Shown here: positions 45,078 to 55,117 of the stretch, in pieces | How the letters are laid out: every line of letters begins with the position of its first letter | How positions within the stretch are numbered: position 1 is the stretch's first letter | NCBI GenBank assembly: GCA_012270975.1 | Contig: JAAXHH010000141.1 | Coordinates: forward strand, 343,089-407,088 | DNA length: 64,000 nt | Direction of reading: 5' to 3' | From: Candidatus Latescibacterota bacterium | GTDB lineage: Bacteria > JAAXHH01 | Notes under the pieces: model-generated | Database searches by the model: none | The model's input: only the letters and a program-made list of their open reading frames with translations | Told to the model about the DNA's origin: nothing | Position numbers and translations under genes: made by a program

Positions 45078-46391
45078 CTAGCGCAGGCTCGGCAGCCACG
45101 TGGCGAGGAGCGGGGTGTAGACCAGCAGGCTCAGGCAGATGAGCTGGATCACGATAAAGGGCAGAATACCCCGGTAGATGTGCCGGGTCTGCACTTCGGG
45201 CGGCGCCACGCCTTTCAGATAGAACAGGGAGAACCCGAAGGGCGGCGTGAGGAAGGAGGTCTGCAGGTTCACCGCGATCAGGATACCGAGCCACAGCAGA
45301 TCGACCCCGAAGGCGATGAAAATGGGCGTGACGACCGGCACGATGATGTAGGTGATCTGGATGAAATCTATGAAGAATCCCGCGATGAAGATCATGACGA
45401 GGACCAGGGCCAGGAAGGCGTAGGTACTCAGGTTGGCGTCCATGATCAGGCTGGTCATGTACGCGTCGCCCTTCATGCCCCGGAACACCAGTCCGAAGGC
45501 CTCGGCGCCCACCAGCACGAAGAAGACCATGCACGTGATATGCGTGCATTCCTTCATGACTTCCTTCAGCGTTGCATAGGAGAATTTGCCCTGGAAGACG
45601 GTGAGCAGGGTCGCGCCCAGCGCGCCGACGGCCGCCGCTTCCGTGGGCGAGGTGATCCCCGCGAAGATGGAGCCCAGCACGACGGTCATCAGGCCCAGGG
45701 GAAGCAGGAAGGCCCGGATGATCTTCCTGAACATGCCGCTTTCCCGGAACGCGGCCAGTTCCTCGGCGGGCATAGCCGGGGCTTCGGTGGGTTTGAACAC
45801 GGCGACGATGGAGATCCAGACCAGGTACATGCCCACGAGGATGGCGCCCGGGATGACGGCGCCGATGAACATGTCCCCGACCGATACGTTGAGGATGCTC
45901 CCCAGCAGCACCAGCACCACGCTGGGCGGGATGATCTGCCCGAGCGTCCCCGACGCGGCGATCGTGCCCGTGGCCACCTGGGGGCTGTAACCCCGCCTCA
46001 GCATCGTGGGCAGGCTGAGCAGGCCCATGGTCACGACCGTCGCGCCCACGATACCGGTGGAGGCACCCAGCAAAGCCCCCACGATCACCACTGCCACGGC
46101 GAGTCCGCCCCGGAGCCGGCCGAAGAGCAGGGCCATGGTCTCCAGCATGTCCTCGGCCAGGCCCGATTTCTCCAGCATGACGCCCATGTACACGAACAGC
46201 GGCACGGCGAGGAGCACGTAATTCGTCATGACGCCCCAGATGCGCAGGGGCAGCAGGTTGAAGAAATCCGCGCCGAAGGTCATCAGTCCGAGCAGCACGG
46301 ACACGCCGCCGAGGGTGAAGGCGACCGGGTACCCCATCAGAAGCAGCAGGAACAGGACCGCGAAGAGGATGAGGGGCATCGCTTCGGTCAA
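45078..46391 (-). CDS. dctM: TRAP transporter large permease subunit (DctM family)
   Basis: 437 aa polytopic protein with the typical DctM N-terminus MPLILFAVLFLLLLMGYPVAFTLGGVS. It overlaps dctQ by 4 nt. Confidence 0.9.
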   Translation of the reverse strand: MTEAMPLILFAVLFLLLLMGYPVAFTLGGVSVLLGLMTFGADFFNLLPLRIWGVMTNYVLLAVPLFVYMGVMLEKSGLAEDMLETMALLFGRLRGGLAVAVVIVGALLGASTGIVGATVVTMGLLSLPTMLRRGYSPQVATGTIAASGTLGQIIPPSVVLVLLGSILNVSVGDMFIGAVIPGAILVGMYLVWISIVAVFKPTEAPAMPAEELAAFRESGMFRKIIRAFLLPLGLMTVVLGSIFAGITSPTEAAAVGALGATLLTVFQGKFSYATLKEVMKECTHITCMVFFVLVGAEAFGLVFRGMKGDAYMTSLIMDANLSTYAFLALVLVMIFIAGFFIDFIQITYIIVPVVTPIFIAFGVDLLWLGILIAVNLQTSFLTPPFGFSLFYLKGVAPPEVQTRHIYRGILPFIVIQLICLSLLVYTPLLATWLPSLR

Positions 46392-46966
46392 ACCGCGTCC
46401 TCCTCCCTGGCCGAAAGCCCCCTCGGGGGTGACTCGTCCGGTTCGCCCGTGGGGTCTTCCCCGCCGTGTATGAACCGGTCGAAGGAACGAGCCGCCAGGG
46501 CTAAACCCTGCAGGAGAATCAGCGAGAAACCGATGGGGATCATGGCTTTCAGGATATAGCGTGCGGGAAGTCCGCCCGGGTCCGGTGAAACCTCGCCGAT
46601 CCGGAAGGAATTCAGGACGAAATTCTGGGAACTCCAGATCGCGATCACCGCGAAGGGGAGCAGAAACAGCAGGCTGCCGATAAGATTGACGAGGGCCTGG
46701 TTCCGGGGCTTGAAGTTCATGTACAGCACGTCAACGCGGACGTGCTTGTTGTGTTTAAGGGCCCAGGCCGAAGCGAGCAGGAAGATCACCGCGAAGAAAT
46801 GCCACTCCAGCTCCTGCACCGCCACACTGCTCCTGCGCAGGAAATACCGGGTGAATACGTCGAGACAGACGGTCAATACGAGCAGGGTCGTGAACCAGGA
46901 AACGACCGTGCCGACTCGTTCGTTAAGCGCGTCCACGAACCGCACGAATTTACGTAGAACGTTCAA
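46388..46966 (-). CDS. dctQ: TRAP transporter small permease subunit (DctQ family) with acidic C-terminal extension
   Basis: 192 aa with 4 TM segments (..VSWFTTLLVLTVCLDVFTRYF..E..W..). It lies directly upstream of dctM. Confidence 0.8.
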   Translation of the reverse strand: MNVLRKFVRFVDALNERVGTVVSWFTTLLVLTVCLDVFTRYFLRRSSVAVQELEWHFFAVIFLLASAWALKHNKHVRVDVLYMNFKPRNQALVNLIGSLLFLLPFAVIAIWSSQNFVLNSFRIGEVSPDPGGLPARYILKAMIPIGFSLILLQGLALAARSFDRFIHGGEDPTGEPDESPPRGLSAREEDAV

Positions 46967-47271
46967 ATCCGCATTTACCTTCCTGGCAGCCGCGGCGCCT
47001 GGCCGGGCTGGTCATGCTGGCCGCGGACACGTCGTGTTGCCGGGGCGTTTCGAAATCGCCAAGAGTGCATCACTGGACAAAGGGGTCTTCAATATGACAT
47101 ATCGAATGTAATAATACAACCCAAAACGCATGCCCCTTTAAATTAGGATGCAGGCCTTGATTCCAGGGAGGCGCCAGACCGGTGATTACCCTTGTGATCA
47201 CCTCTACCGGCTGTATATTGCGTCAGTATTCGCCAATCCATTGTCTGCCGAACCACTGCGGAGAACATGAC

Positions 47272-48489
47272 ATGCCCGAAAAACGCTACACCGTCCGGGC
47301 CGCTACCTGCGACCACCGGGTGGATTACGACGGCGTTTACGAGACGCTGAAACGCATCACGGCACCGCTTGCGGAGTCCTGGGCGCGTATCGAGAAAGCC
47401 CGGAAAATCGTCATCAAGTTCAACATGATGAAGCCCATGGACAACGTCGTCCGGTTCAAGGGCCGCCGGCAGGAGTTGGTCGATGACGCGGTCTGCCGGG
47501 CCGTGCTGCAGTTGCTGCGCGAACATACCAGCGCCGAGATCTACGCAACGGACACCAATCCCTACGCAACGGACAAACTCACGCCGGACGAGTTCAACTA
47601 CGTCCATCACCTCCGCGAATTCGACGTAAAATACGACGACTCGAACCGGCCGCCCTGGGCGGTGTACGAGGTGCCGGGCGGCGGGAACATGTTCGACCGG
47701 TACATCCTGAGCGGCGTGTTCGAGGACGCGGACGAAGTGATTTCCGTGGCAAAGATGAAGAATCACTCCTTCATGGGCATCACGCTGTGTATGAAGAACC
47801 TCTTCGGGCTTCCGCCCATCATACCCCCCAGGGGTCGGGTCCGTACGTATTTTCATCACGCCATCAGGCTGTCCTACGTCCTCCCCGACCTTGCCATGAT
47901 CACGAATCCCTGCCTGAACATCATCGACGGGCTCGTGGGACAGAAAGGAAGGGAGTGGGGTGGTGAAGGGCGCGTGGGCGACGTACTGATCGCCGGCGAC
48001 CAGATTACGGCCACAGATGCCTGCGGCGCCTACCTGATGGGACACGATCCGGCCTCCGACTGGCCACAGCCGCCGTTCCGGAGGGACCGGAATCACCTCC
48101 TAGTGGCCGCCCAGCGGGGTTTCGGAACGGTAGACCTGGATGAGATCGATTTCGAAAGCGACGTCCAAACCCCGGTGGCGCACTTCGACTCGGATCCCGA
48201 TGAAGCGCCCGAGCTGATCCATACGCTGCGGCGCACGGCCTGTGAACAGGGCCTGTTCTACCAGGATCACCGGAAGGACATCGTGGACCGGTACCGGGGC
48301 GAATTCATCTACATGCAGGAAGGCGAGGTCGCCTGGCACGGCGAAGACCCCTCGGTGATCGGCAGCCACAGGACGTACAGCTCGGCCAGGCCCGGCAGCG
48401 CACTCTGGCTCAAGCTGGTGGATCCGGAAGAAACCGAGGGAGAACGATTCGAGGTGTATGACCGGTGTCTTACCGCCCTTTCGGCCTGA
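47272..48489 (+). CDS. DUF362 domain-containing protein
   Basis: KIVIKFNMMKP.. and ..ISVAKMKNHSFMGITLCMKNLFGLPP.. match the DUF362 pattern. Start set at ATG 47272 (MPEKRY). Confidence 0.65.
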   Translation: MPEKRYTVRAATCDHRVDYDGVYETLKRITAPLAESWARIEKARKIVIKFNMMKPMDNVVRFKGRRQELVDDAVCRAVLQLLREHTSAEIYATDTNPYATDKLTPDEFNYVHHLREFDVKYDDSNRPPWAVYEVPGGGNMFDRYILSGVFEDADEVISVAKMKNHSFMGITLCMKNLFGLPPIIPPRGRVRTYFHHAIRLSYVLPDLAMITNPCLNIIDGLVGQKGREWGGEGRVGDVLIAGDQITATDACGAYLMGHDPASDWPQPPFRRDRNHLLVAAQRGFGTVDLDEIDFESDVQTPVAHFDSDPDEAPELIHTLRRTACEQGLFYQDHRKDIVDRYRGEFIYMQEGEVAWHGEDPSVIGSHRTYSSARPGSALWLKLVDPEETEGERFEVYDRCLTALSA

Positions 48490-48502
48490 TCGGAGCTGAT
48501 TT

Positions 48503-49516
48503 ATGAAAATCGCCATGCTGTACGGCCCAAGAGACCTCCGCATAGAAGACCATTCCCTGGACACCGATAACCTGGGACCCCACGACCTCTGGGTCGAAAC
48601 CGTTGTTTCGGCGCTCAAGATCGGCACGGACAGGGGCAATTACGAGGGGGCCGAGCAGGTCCCCGGGGCGCCTGACTTCCCGCGCTGGGTCGGCGACAGC
48701 AACCTCGGGGTCGTCCGCGGCGTGGGAGAGGCGGTCACAAGTTTCGCTATAGGCGACCGGGTGATCTCCCGGTACCCTCACCAGTCCGAGTTCATCGCCC
48801 GGGACGACGAGGTGCTCGTGAAAGTTCCCGAAGGCGTGCATGACGAGGACGCGGTCTACGGCCACCTGTACACCCTGAGCGCCATGTGCTACTACAAGTC
48901 GCAGTTCCAGCCCGGCGAGAACGTGGCCGTCGTGGGCCTGGGCGTCCTCGGCCTCGGCGCCGTCGGACTCGGACCCTGCCTCGGCGCGCGGACGATAGGT
49001 ATCGCGAACAGCCCGGTCCGCATGGAAATGGCCGAACGCATGGGGGCCGACGCGACTTTCATGTACAACGATCCCGACCTGGATGAAAAGCTCGACGACT
49101 TCACCCACGGCGAGGGCGTCGACTTGGTCATTCTCACGGCCAATCCCTGGCCCGCACTGCGCACGTCGTGCCAGATCGTGCGCGACAACGGACGGGTCGG
49201 TATCGTGGCCCTGCCCGGCAGGGGAGAACCGCCCCTCGACTTCAACCCGCTGGACATGGAATGGTTCTATTTCAAGGGGATTTCCCTAATCGCCGTCAAC
49301 GGGCGGACCGGTTACCTGTTCCCGCCCGAACAGGGCGACCGGAGGGACTGGAGCACCATGTGCCGTTTCACGCTGGACTTGATGCGCGAGGGCAAGCTGG
49401 AACCGAAGCGCCTCGTGACCCACCGGATGCACTACTCCCAGATCAACGAAGCCTACGAGATGATATTCAGGCGAGAAAAGAACATGATGGGCGTCTTGTT
49501 CAACTGGAAGGACTGA
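48503..49516 (+). CDS. zinc-type MDR family dehydrogenase
   Basis: 337 aa. GroES-like N-domain, Rossmann motif VAVVGLGVLGLGAV. It follows the DUF362 gene by 13 nt. Confidence 0.75.
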   Translation: MKIAMLYGPRDLRIEDHSLDTDNLGPHDLWVETVVSALKIGTDRGNYEGAEQVPGAPDFPRWVGDSNLGVVRGVGEAVTSFAIGDRVISRYPHQSEFIARDDEVLVKVPEGVHDEDAVYGHLYTLSAMCYYKSQFQPGENVAVVGLGVLGLGAVGLGPCLGARTIGIANSPVRMEMAERMGADATFMYNDPDLDEKLDDFTHGEGVDLVILTANPWPALRTSCQIVRDNGRVGIVALPGRGEPPLDFNPLDMEWFYFKGISLIAVNGRTGYLFPPEQGDRRDWSTMCRFTLDLMREGKLEPKRLVTHRMHYSQINEAYEMIFRREKNMMGVLFNWKD

Positions 49517-49519
49517 GAT

Positions 49520-50311
49520 ATGGCCACTGGGACGCTGTTGTCGGCAGCACAGAAAGCCGCCTTTGACCGGGACGGCTACTTCATCGCGAAGGGGTTTCTA
49601 TCTGCCACCGAGGTCGAATCCATACGGCGCGAGATCACCGCGATCGTGGACCGGTACCCGGACGTTCCGGAAGAACTGGTGCAGATCGAGCCGGCCGTAC
49701 GCCGTGGTACGGTAACGCCCGAATCCGCGGAATTGGGCGTGAGGAAACTCTTCAGGATGACCCGCCACAACGAGCTCTTCCGCTCCCTGGCCCACCATCC
49801 GGGCATGGTGGGTATCGCCATCGAACTGCTCGGTCCGGACGTCACCCTGTTTCAAAGCATGCTCCTGATGAAACCGCCCAGGTTTGGCGGCCAGAAGGTC
49901 TGGCACCAGGACAACGCCTACTTCCGCCTGGAGCCGAACGACGTCTTCGGGTTCTGGATCGCGCTGGACGACGCCGACGTGGATAACGGATGCATGCACG
50001 TTATTCCGGGGTCGCACCGCGCAGGAATCGGGGAGCACGGGGGCGTTGCGGACGATTACGGGTTGTCTTCTTCGCCCACGGCGGACGACGCGATGGCCTG
50101 TGTCATGAAAACCGGGGACGCCCTCGTGTTCCATGGCGAGACCTACCACTACACGCCGCCGAATACGACCGACCGGCGCCGAAGGGCGCTCCAGTACCAT
50201 TACGCTTCAACGCACTGCCGGTCTTCGAAAGACAGCCCGTTCAAGTCTATAAAGCCCGAGGTGATTGTAGCGGGGGTGGGGGCGACGCCGGACGTGGTTT
50301 CGTCCGCCTGA
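49520..50311 (+). CDS. phytanoyl-CoA dioxygenase (PhyH) family Fe(II)/2-oxoglutarate oxygenase
   Basis: 263 aa. F.RDGYF.., WHQDNAYF (HxD facial triad), later HVIPGSHR and ..FHGETYHYTPPN..RR. Confidence 0.8.
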   Translation: MATGTLLSAAQKAAFDRDGYFIAKGFLSATEVESIRREITAIVDRYPDVPEELVQIEPAVRRGTVTPESAELGVRKLFRMTRHNELFRSLAHHPGMVGIAIELLGPDVTLFQSMLLMKPPRFGGQKVWHQDNAYFRLEPNDVFGFWIALDDADVDNGCMHVIPGSHRAGIGEHGGVADDYGLSSSPTADDAMACVMKTGDALVFHGETYHYTPPNTTDRRRRALQYHYASTHCRSSKDSPFKSIKPEVIVAGVGATPDVVSSA

Positions 50312-50329
50312 ACGGAGCGACGCTTCCGG

Positions 50330-52090
50330 TTACGATGCGCCGGCAATCGGTGGCCGTACGTCTACCTGCAGCGTGATGATATCGGTATCGTGGTATTGCT
50401 GGTGATGTACGGAGGACGCGAAGTGCCTCAGCAGGCGCAGCGAAACCTCCATTTCCTCCGGCGTCTCCACTGCCCGTTCGTCCCCGAGCAGTTCGATCCG
50501 GTCCTGGAGGTTGCCCTCGCCGGTCGCCGCCACCAGTTCGAGGACCGCGCTATCGCCCTCACGGTGCGCGACCAGGAGCAGCCGCCGGGGTTGGCTGGTC
50601 TCGTCCTCCCGCGGAATCAGCGTCAACAGGGTTTCCTCGCTCGCGGCCATGAGCCGGTCCGCCGTCTCCTTGTCCCATCCCTGGCGGGAAGCGAATCCTT
50701 CAAGGAACTCACGTATCTTGGGCAGCGCCGCAAGATCGAAGTCCGACTCCATACGGTGACGGCGGGGAGAAGTGATCTCCAGAAAAAGCGTCATGAGTAT
50801 CGCAGTCAGTCCACCGGCCGTCATACCGTTCCGCAGGAGACCGCCAGCGAAGTCGGAGAGCATCGCCGGAAAGATCGCGTCATTCTGAAAACCGACGCCG
50901 ATCCAGAATCCTACGCCCACGACCAGCCCCTTCCGGTAGTCGATCCCATCCTGCAGAACCAGCTTCATGCCGATGACGAACAGCATGGATAGCAACACGA
51001 TCAGAAAGCCGCCGGCAACGGGATCCGGAATGGCGAGGACCACCGCCAGGAACTTCGGAATAAACGCGACCAGGATAAAGGCCAACCCCACCACCACCCC
51101 GACCATGCGGGAAGCCACGCCGGTCAACTCGGTCACCGCGATGCTCGAGGAATAGGTCGTATTGGGCACCGTGCCCATAAGACCGGAAAGGAGGTTGCCC
51201 AGGCCGTCCGCGGCTACCGCGCCCTGCACGGCCCGGTAATCCACCGCCCGGGGCCTGCGCCACGAAACGCGCTGAATCGCGACCGAGTCGCCGATCGTTT
51301 CCACGGCGCCAACCAGCGTTACGAACATGAAGGCGGGAAGCAGCGCCCAGAAGGCGGGACCGAAAGAGAGATCAATGCCCGGCCAGCTCCCGTCCGGAAG
51401 ACCCAGCCAGGAAGCGGCAGCTACGCGTCCGGCATCGTACAGACCGAAGTATCCGCCCACGATGGACCCCGCGGCGACGCCGATCACAGGTGCCCATAAG
51501 CGCAGCGACGACTTCGCCTTCAATGCGATGCCGAGGGTGACCAGCACGGTGGCCAGGGCAGTGGCTGCCGCGGACGAGGACGGCATGCCTTCGGGTACCC
51601 TGTTCAGCATGGCAAACGCGATGGGCATCACCGTGACCGAAATCAGCATGATGACCGTCCCGGAGACCGCCGGCGTCAGTATTCTGCGAAGGAGGGAAAG
51701 GCGGGCGGACAGCAGGAACTGGAAAAGCGAGGAGATGATGATGAGCGTCGCCATCAGTGCGGGACCACCTTGCGCGAGCGCCCCAATGCAGATCGCGATA
51801 AAACTGCCCGAAGTACCCATCATGAGTACGTAGCCCGCGCCGATGCGGCCGATTCGCAGCGCCTGAATGACCGTGGTCGTGCCGCTGACTGCCGCCGCGG
51901 CGAACACCCCCCAGGTCAGGAAGGATTCGCTCGCGCCCCCGGCCCGGCTCACGATGGCCACGGTCAGGACGACGCCCCCGACCGTAAGCAGGGCGATCTG
52001 GAGTCCGAGCCCGATGGCCAGGAGAACCGGTGGTCGTTCGTCCGCTTCGTAGCGGACTCCTGACTGGCGATCTGTAACATCCGTGTTCAT
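50330..52090 (-). CDS. NCS2 (nucleobase:cation symporter-2 / xanthine-uracil permease) family transporter fused to a ~140-aa C-terminal cytoplasmic domain
   Basis: 586 aa. NCS2 signature ..VPNTTYSSSIAVTELTGVASR... The C-terminal soluble region runs SPRRHRMESDFDL..IREFLEGFASRQGWDKETADRLMAASEETLLTL.. to the end. Confidence 0.75.
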   Translation of the reverse strand: MNTDVTDRQSGVRYEADERPPVLLAIGLGLQIALLTVGGVVLTVAIVSRAGGASESFLTWGVFAAAAVSGTTTVIQALRIGRIGAGYVLMMGTSGSFIAICIGALAQGGPALMATLIIISSLFQFLLSARLSLLRRILTPAVSGTVIMLISVTVMPIAFAMLNRVPEGMPSSSAAATALATVLVTLGIALKAKSSLRLWAPVIGVAAGSIVGGYFGLYDAGRVAAASWLGLPDGSWPGIDLSFGPAFWALLPAFMFVTLVGAVETIGDSVAIQRVSWRRPRAVDYRAVQGAVAADGLGNLLSGLMGTVPNTTYSSSIAVTELTGVASRMVGVVVGLAFILVAFIPKFLAVVLAIPDPVAGGFLIVLLSMLFVIGMKLVLQDGIDYRKGLVVGVGFWIGVGFQNDAIFPAMLSDFAGGLLRNGMTAGGLTAILMTLFLEITSPRRHRMESDFDLAALPKIREFLEGFASRQGWDKETADRLMAASEETLLTLIPREDETSQPRRLLLVAHREGDSAVLELVAATGEGNLQDRIELLGDERAVETPEEMEVSLRLLRHFASSVHHQQYHDTDIITLQVDVRPPIAGAS

Positions 52091-52251
52091 GCCAGGATCC
52101 TGTTAAGGTCTAGTGCTACAGCTTTGTTGCAGCGATACAAATTCGTCTGTCGACCGAGGAGTGAGGCATCCTCGAAGGAAAGAAAATAACGGCATGTGCC
52201 TGCGGGTCAAGGCATTCCAGTGGAAGAACACCGAGTTTGCCGTCAGACACG

Positions 52252-54018
52252 CTATTGACGTGTTGCATCGGGATTCGGCTGCCGGACCTCGACCTGTAGG
52301 GTGATGATATCCGTATCGTGGTACTGCTGGTGATGCACCGAAGTCGCGAAGTGTTTTAAAAGGCGCAGAGAGACCTCCATTTCTTCGGGCGTCTCCACGG
52401 CCCTCTCGTCTCCAAGCAGTTCGATCCTGTCCTGGAGGTTGCCTTCGCCGGTCGCGACGACCAGTTCGAGGACCGCGCCTGCGCCTTCCCGCCGAGCGAC
52501 CAGAAGCAGGCGCCGTCGCTGGCTGGCGTCACCGCGACCTGGATTCAGCGTCAACATCGTCTCTTCGCTGGCGGCGACGAGACGGTCCGCCGTCTCCTTA
52601 TCCCAGCCTTGCCGGGTGGCAAATGCCTCCAGGAACTTCCGAATCTTCGACAGCGCCGAGAGTTCGAAGTCCGTCTCCATACGGTATCGGCGGGGAGAGG
52701 CCATTTCCAGAAACAGCGTCATGAGGATCGCCGCCATCCCGCCGGCCGTCATTCCGTTCCGCAGGAAGCCGCCCGCGAAGTCGGCGACCAGCGCGGGAAA
52801 AATCGCGTCGTTCTGAAAACCGACACCGATCCAGAAGCCCACCCCGACGACAAGCCCGTTTCGGTAGTCGATCCCATCCTGTACGACCAGTTTCATGCCA
52901 ATGAGAAAGAGAATGGCAAGCAGCACGAGCAGAAAACTACCGACAACCGGATTGGGTATGGCGAGGACCACCGCCGGGACCTTCGGAACAAACGCGACCA
53001 AGATGTAGGCCACCCCCACGACGAGCCCTACCATGCGCGAGGCTACGCCGGTCAATTCGGTCACCGCGATACTCGAGGAATAGGTGGTGTTGGGTATCGT
53101 GCCCAACAGGCCGGATAGGAGATTGCCCGTACCGTCTGCGGCCAGGGCGCCCTGAACGGCCCGATAATCCACGGCCCGGGGCCGGCGCCACGAAATGCGC
53201 TGGATTGCGACCGAGTCGCCAATCGTATCCACGGCATCCACCAGCGTCACGAACAGGAATGCGGGCAGCAATGCCCAGAAGGCGGGCCCAAACGAGAGAT
53301 CGACGCCCGGCCACTGGCCGTCCGGAAATCCGACCCAGGGGGCTGCAGCTACGCGATAGGTGTCGTACAGGCCGTAATACCCGCCCACCAGGGATCCTGT
53401 GACCATACCGATCACGGGCGCCCACAGTCGCAGAGATGACTTCGCCTTCAATGCGATGACTATAGTGACCGCCAGGGTAGTGAGTACCATGAATGGCGCG
53501 GATGACGACGGAAACCCATCGGGAATATCTCCCAGCATTCTGAAGACTACGGGCGTGATCGAGACCGGGATCAGCATGATGACCGTACCGGTGACTACCG
53601 GTGTCAGGATTCTGCGTAGCAGGGACAGTCGGACGGAAAGCAGGAATTGGAAGAGCGATGAGACGATGATGAGGGTTGCCATCAGCGCGGGACCGCCCTC
53701 CAGGAGTGCTGAAATGCTTATCGCGATGAAACTGCCCGATGTACCCATCAGGAGAACGTAGCCGGCTCCAACGCGGCCGACGCGCAACACCTGTATGATC
53801 GTGGTCGTTCCGGTAATTATCGCGGCGGCGAACACCGCCCAGACAAGATAGGCTTCGCCGGCGCCTCCAGCGCGGCTCACAATAGCCACTTTCAGAAACA
53901 CACTTCCTACGGTGAGCAGCGCGAACTGCAGTCCCAGACCGATCGCAAGGAGGAACGGAGGTCTTTCGTCCGCTTCGTAACGAACGCCGGATTGATGGTT
54001 TGTCGTATCGTGGTTCAT
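52252..54018 (-). CDS. NCS2 family transporter, tandem paralog of 50330-52090 with the same C-terminal domain
   Basis: 588 aa, collinear with the neighbour along the whole length. Most positions are identical by eye, including the C-terminal domain. Confidence 0.75.
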   Translation of the reverse strand: MNHDTTNHQSGVRYEADERPPFLLAIGLGLQFALLTVGSVFLKVAIVSRAGGAGEAYLVWAVFAAAIITGTTTIIQVLRVGRVGAGYVLLMGTSGSFIAISISALLEGGPALMATLIIVSSLFQFLLSVRLSLLRRILTPVVTGTVIMLIPVSITPVVFRMLGDIPDGFPSSSAPFMVLTTLAVTIVIALKAKSSLRLWAPVIGMVTGSLVGGYYGLYDTYRVAAAPWVGFPDGQWPGVDLSFGPAFWALLPAFLFVTLVDAVDTIGDSVAIQRISWRRPRAVDYRAVQGALAADGTGNLLSGLLGTIPNTTYSSSIAVTELTGVASRMVGLVVGVAYILVAFVPKVPAVVLAIPNPVVGSFLLVLLAILFLIGMKLVVQDGIDYRNGLVVGVGFWIGVGFQNDAIFPALVADFAGGFLRNGMTAGGMAAILMTLFLEMASPRRYRMETDFELSALSKIRKFLEAFATRQGWDKETADRLVAASEETMLTLNPGRGDASQRRRLLLVARREGAGAVLELVVATGEGNLQDRIELLGDERAVETPEEMEVSLRLLKHFATSVHHQQYHDTDIITLQVEVRQPNPDATRQ

Positions 54019-54138
54019 GGGCTTGCGTTCCCGTCGACCAGGAGCCGTTCAACGCGCCGGCCGGGTGCACACGCGGGATTCGTCATGCAATAACCGAGGA
54101 TACGGGTGAAGGAGCCATGCCACAGGTTCGACCTTGTA

Positions 54139-54972
54139 TCATGCGAGTTCGAACAGCCGCTGCCATTCCTCATGACCTGTAGCGATCATTTCCGGATGCG
54201 ACCGGCTGCGGGCGATAAAGCCCGGGACATCGTCCCTTCCCGTGGGCTTTCGCCGGTCGCTGTACCGGATATCCAGGCTCCATCGTATGTGATCCGAGAA
54301 ATTCGGCGCGGAACGGTGCACCGTGGTGTGCTGCAACAGGAGCACGCCGCCTTTGGGAATGGGACAGGATACCCGCTCGCCGGCGGGCAGGGCGTCCGGA
54401 ACGATATTCTCGGGTGAATCGTCGAACGGCAGGCGTTCACTGCGGTGACTGCCCCGGATCACCTCCAGGCAGCCGTTCTGTTCGTCGGTATCCACCAAAG
54501 GCAGCCAGAAATTGACCATGAAGGTCTGCATCACGTCCGGATCCAGAAAACCGATGTCCTGGTGCCAGTCCACGACGGAAGTCCTGTCGGGCAGCTTGGC
54601 GCGGGAGTTGAACTGGGGATGGACGAGGATCTCCGGGCCGATGAGGGACTCGACGACGTCGAGAATCCCGGGCAGGGTCATGACGTGAAACATGCCCGCG
54701 GTCTTCCGTTTTCCCAGCACGGCTTCGAGCAAATCCCTGCACTCGCCGTCCATGGCCTCGTGGATCCGGAACAATCTCCGTTCGAAGGGCTCATCCGCAA
54801 ACCGTTCCGGCAGCCTGCCTTCCGCGTGGTACCGCTCCGCCCACGCATCGACGACATCGTTCAGTTCCGAGATCAGGGGATCGAGTGAAGCGGGGTCGAA
54901 GAGCTTTTCGATCGGCAGAAAACCGTCTTCGAGATACTGATTGATCTGGTGGTCGGTCAGACCGGTCGCCAT
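54139..54972 (-). CDS. phytanoyl-CoA dioxygenase (PhyH) family oxygenase
   Basis: 277 aa. Y.EDGFL.., WHQDIGF (HxD), EVIRGSHR.., and ..LLLQHTTVHRSAPN. Confidence 0.8.
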   Translation of the reverse strand: MATGLTDHQINQYLEDGFLPIEKLFDPASLDPLISELNDVVDAWAERYHAEGRLPERFADEPFERRLFRIHEAMDGECRDLLEAVLGKRKTAGMFHVMTLPGILDVVESLIGPEILVHPQFNSRAKLPDRTSVVDWHQDIGFLDPDVMQTFMVNFWLPLVDTDEQNGCLEVIRGSHRSERLPFDDSPENIVPDALPAGERVSCPIPKGGVLLLQHTTVHRSAPNFSDHIRWSLDIRYSDRRKPTGRDDVPGFIARSRSHPEMIATGHEEWQRLFELA

Positions 54973-55117
54973 GGCATGTATCCTTTAGGTGGCTGGACCA
55001 GATTAAGTCCATTGATGCGACAAAACGATATGATTATACTTTTCAAATGTCAACAACTTGGGTTCTGAGGGGCATCCGGACCGTGACGTCCATTGAGTCT
55101 CAATTTCGGGGGTTTTC

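Noticed and set aside
45052-45078. GC-rich imperfect hairpin between the convergent ggt and dctM genes
   Set aside because: It could be a bidirectional terminator, but the stem has a bulge, there is no U-tract on either strand, and it overlaps the dctM stop codon. Support is too weak to annotate.
45180-46559. 459-aa plus-strand ORF
   Set aside because: Antisense to dctM/dctQ. The product is extremely His/Asp/Gly/Arg/Glu-rich, which is implausible for a protein.
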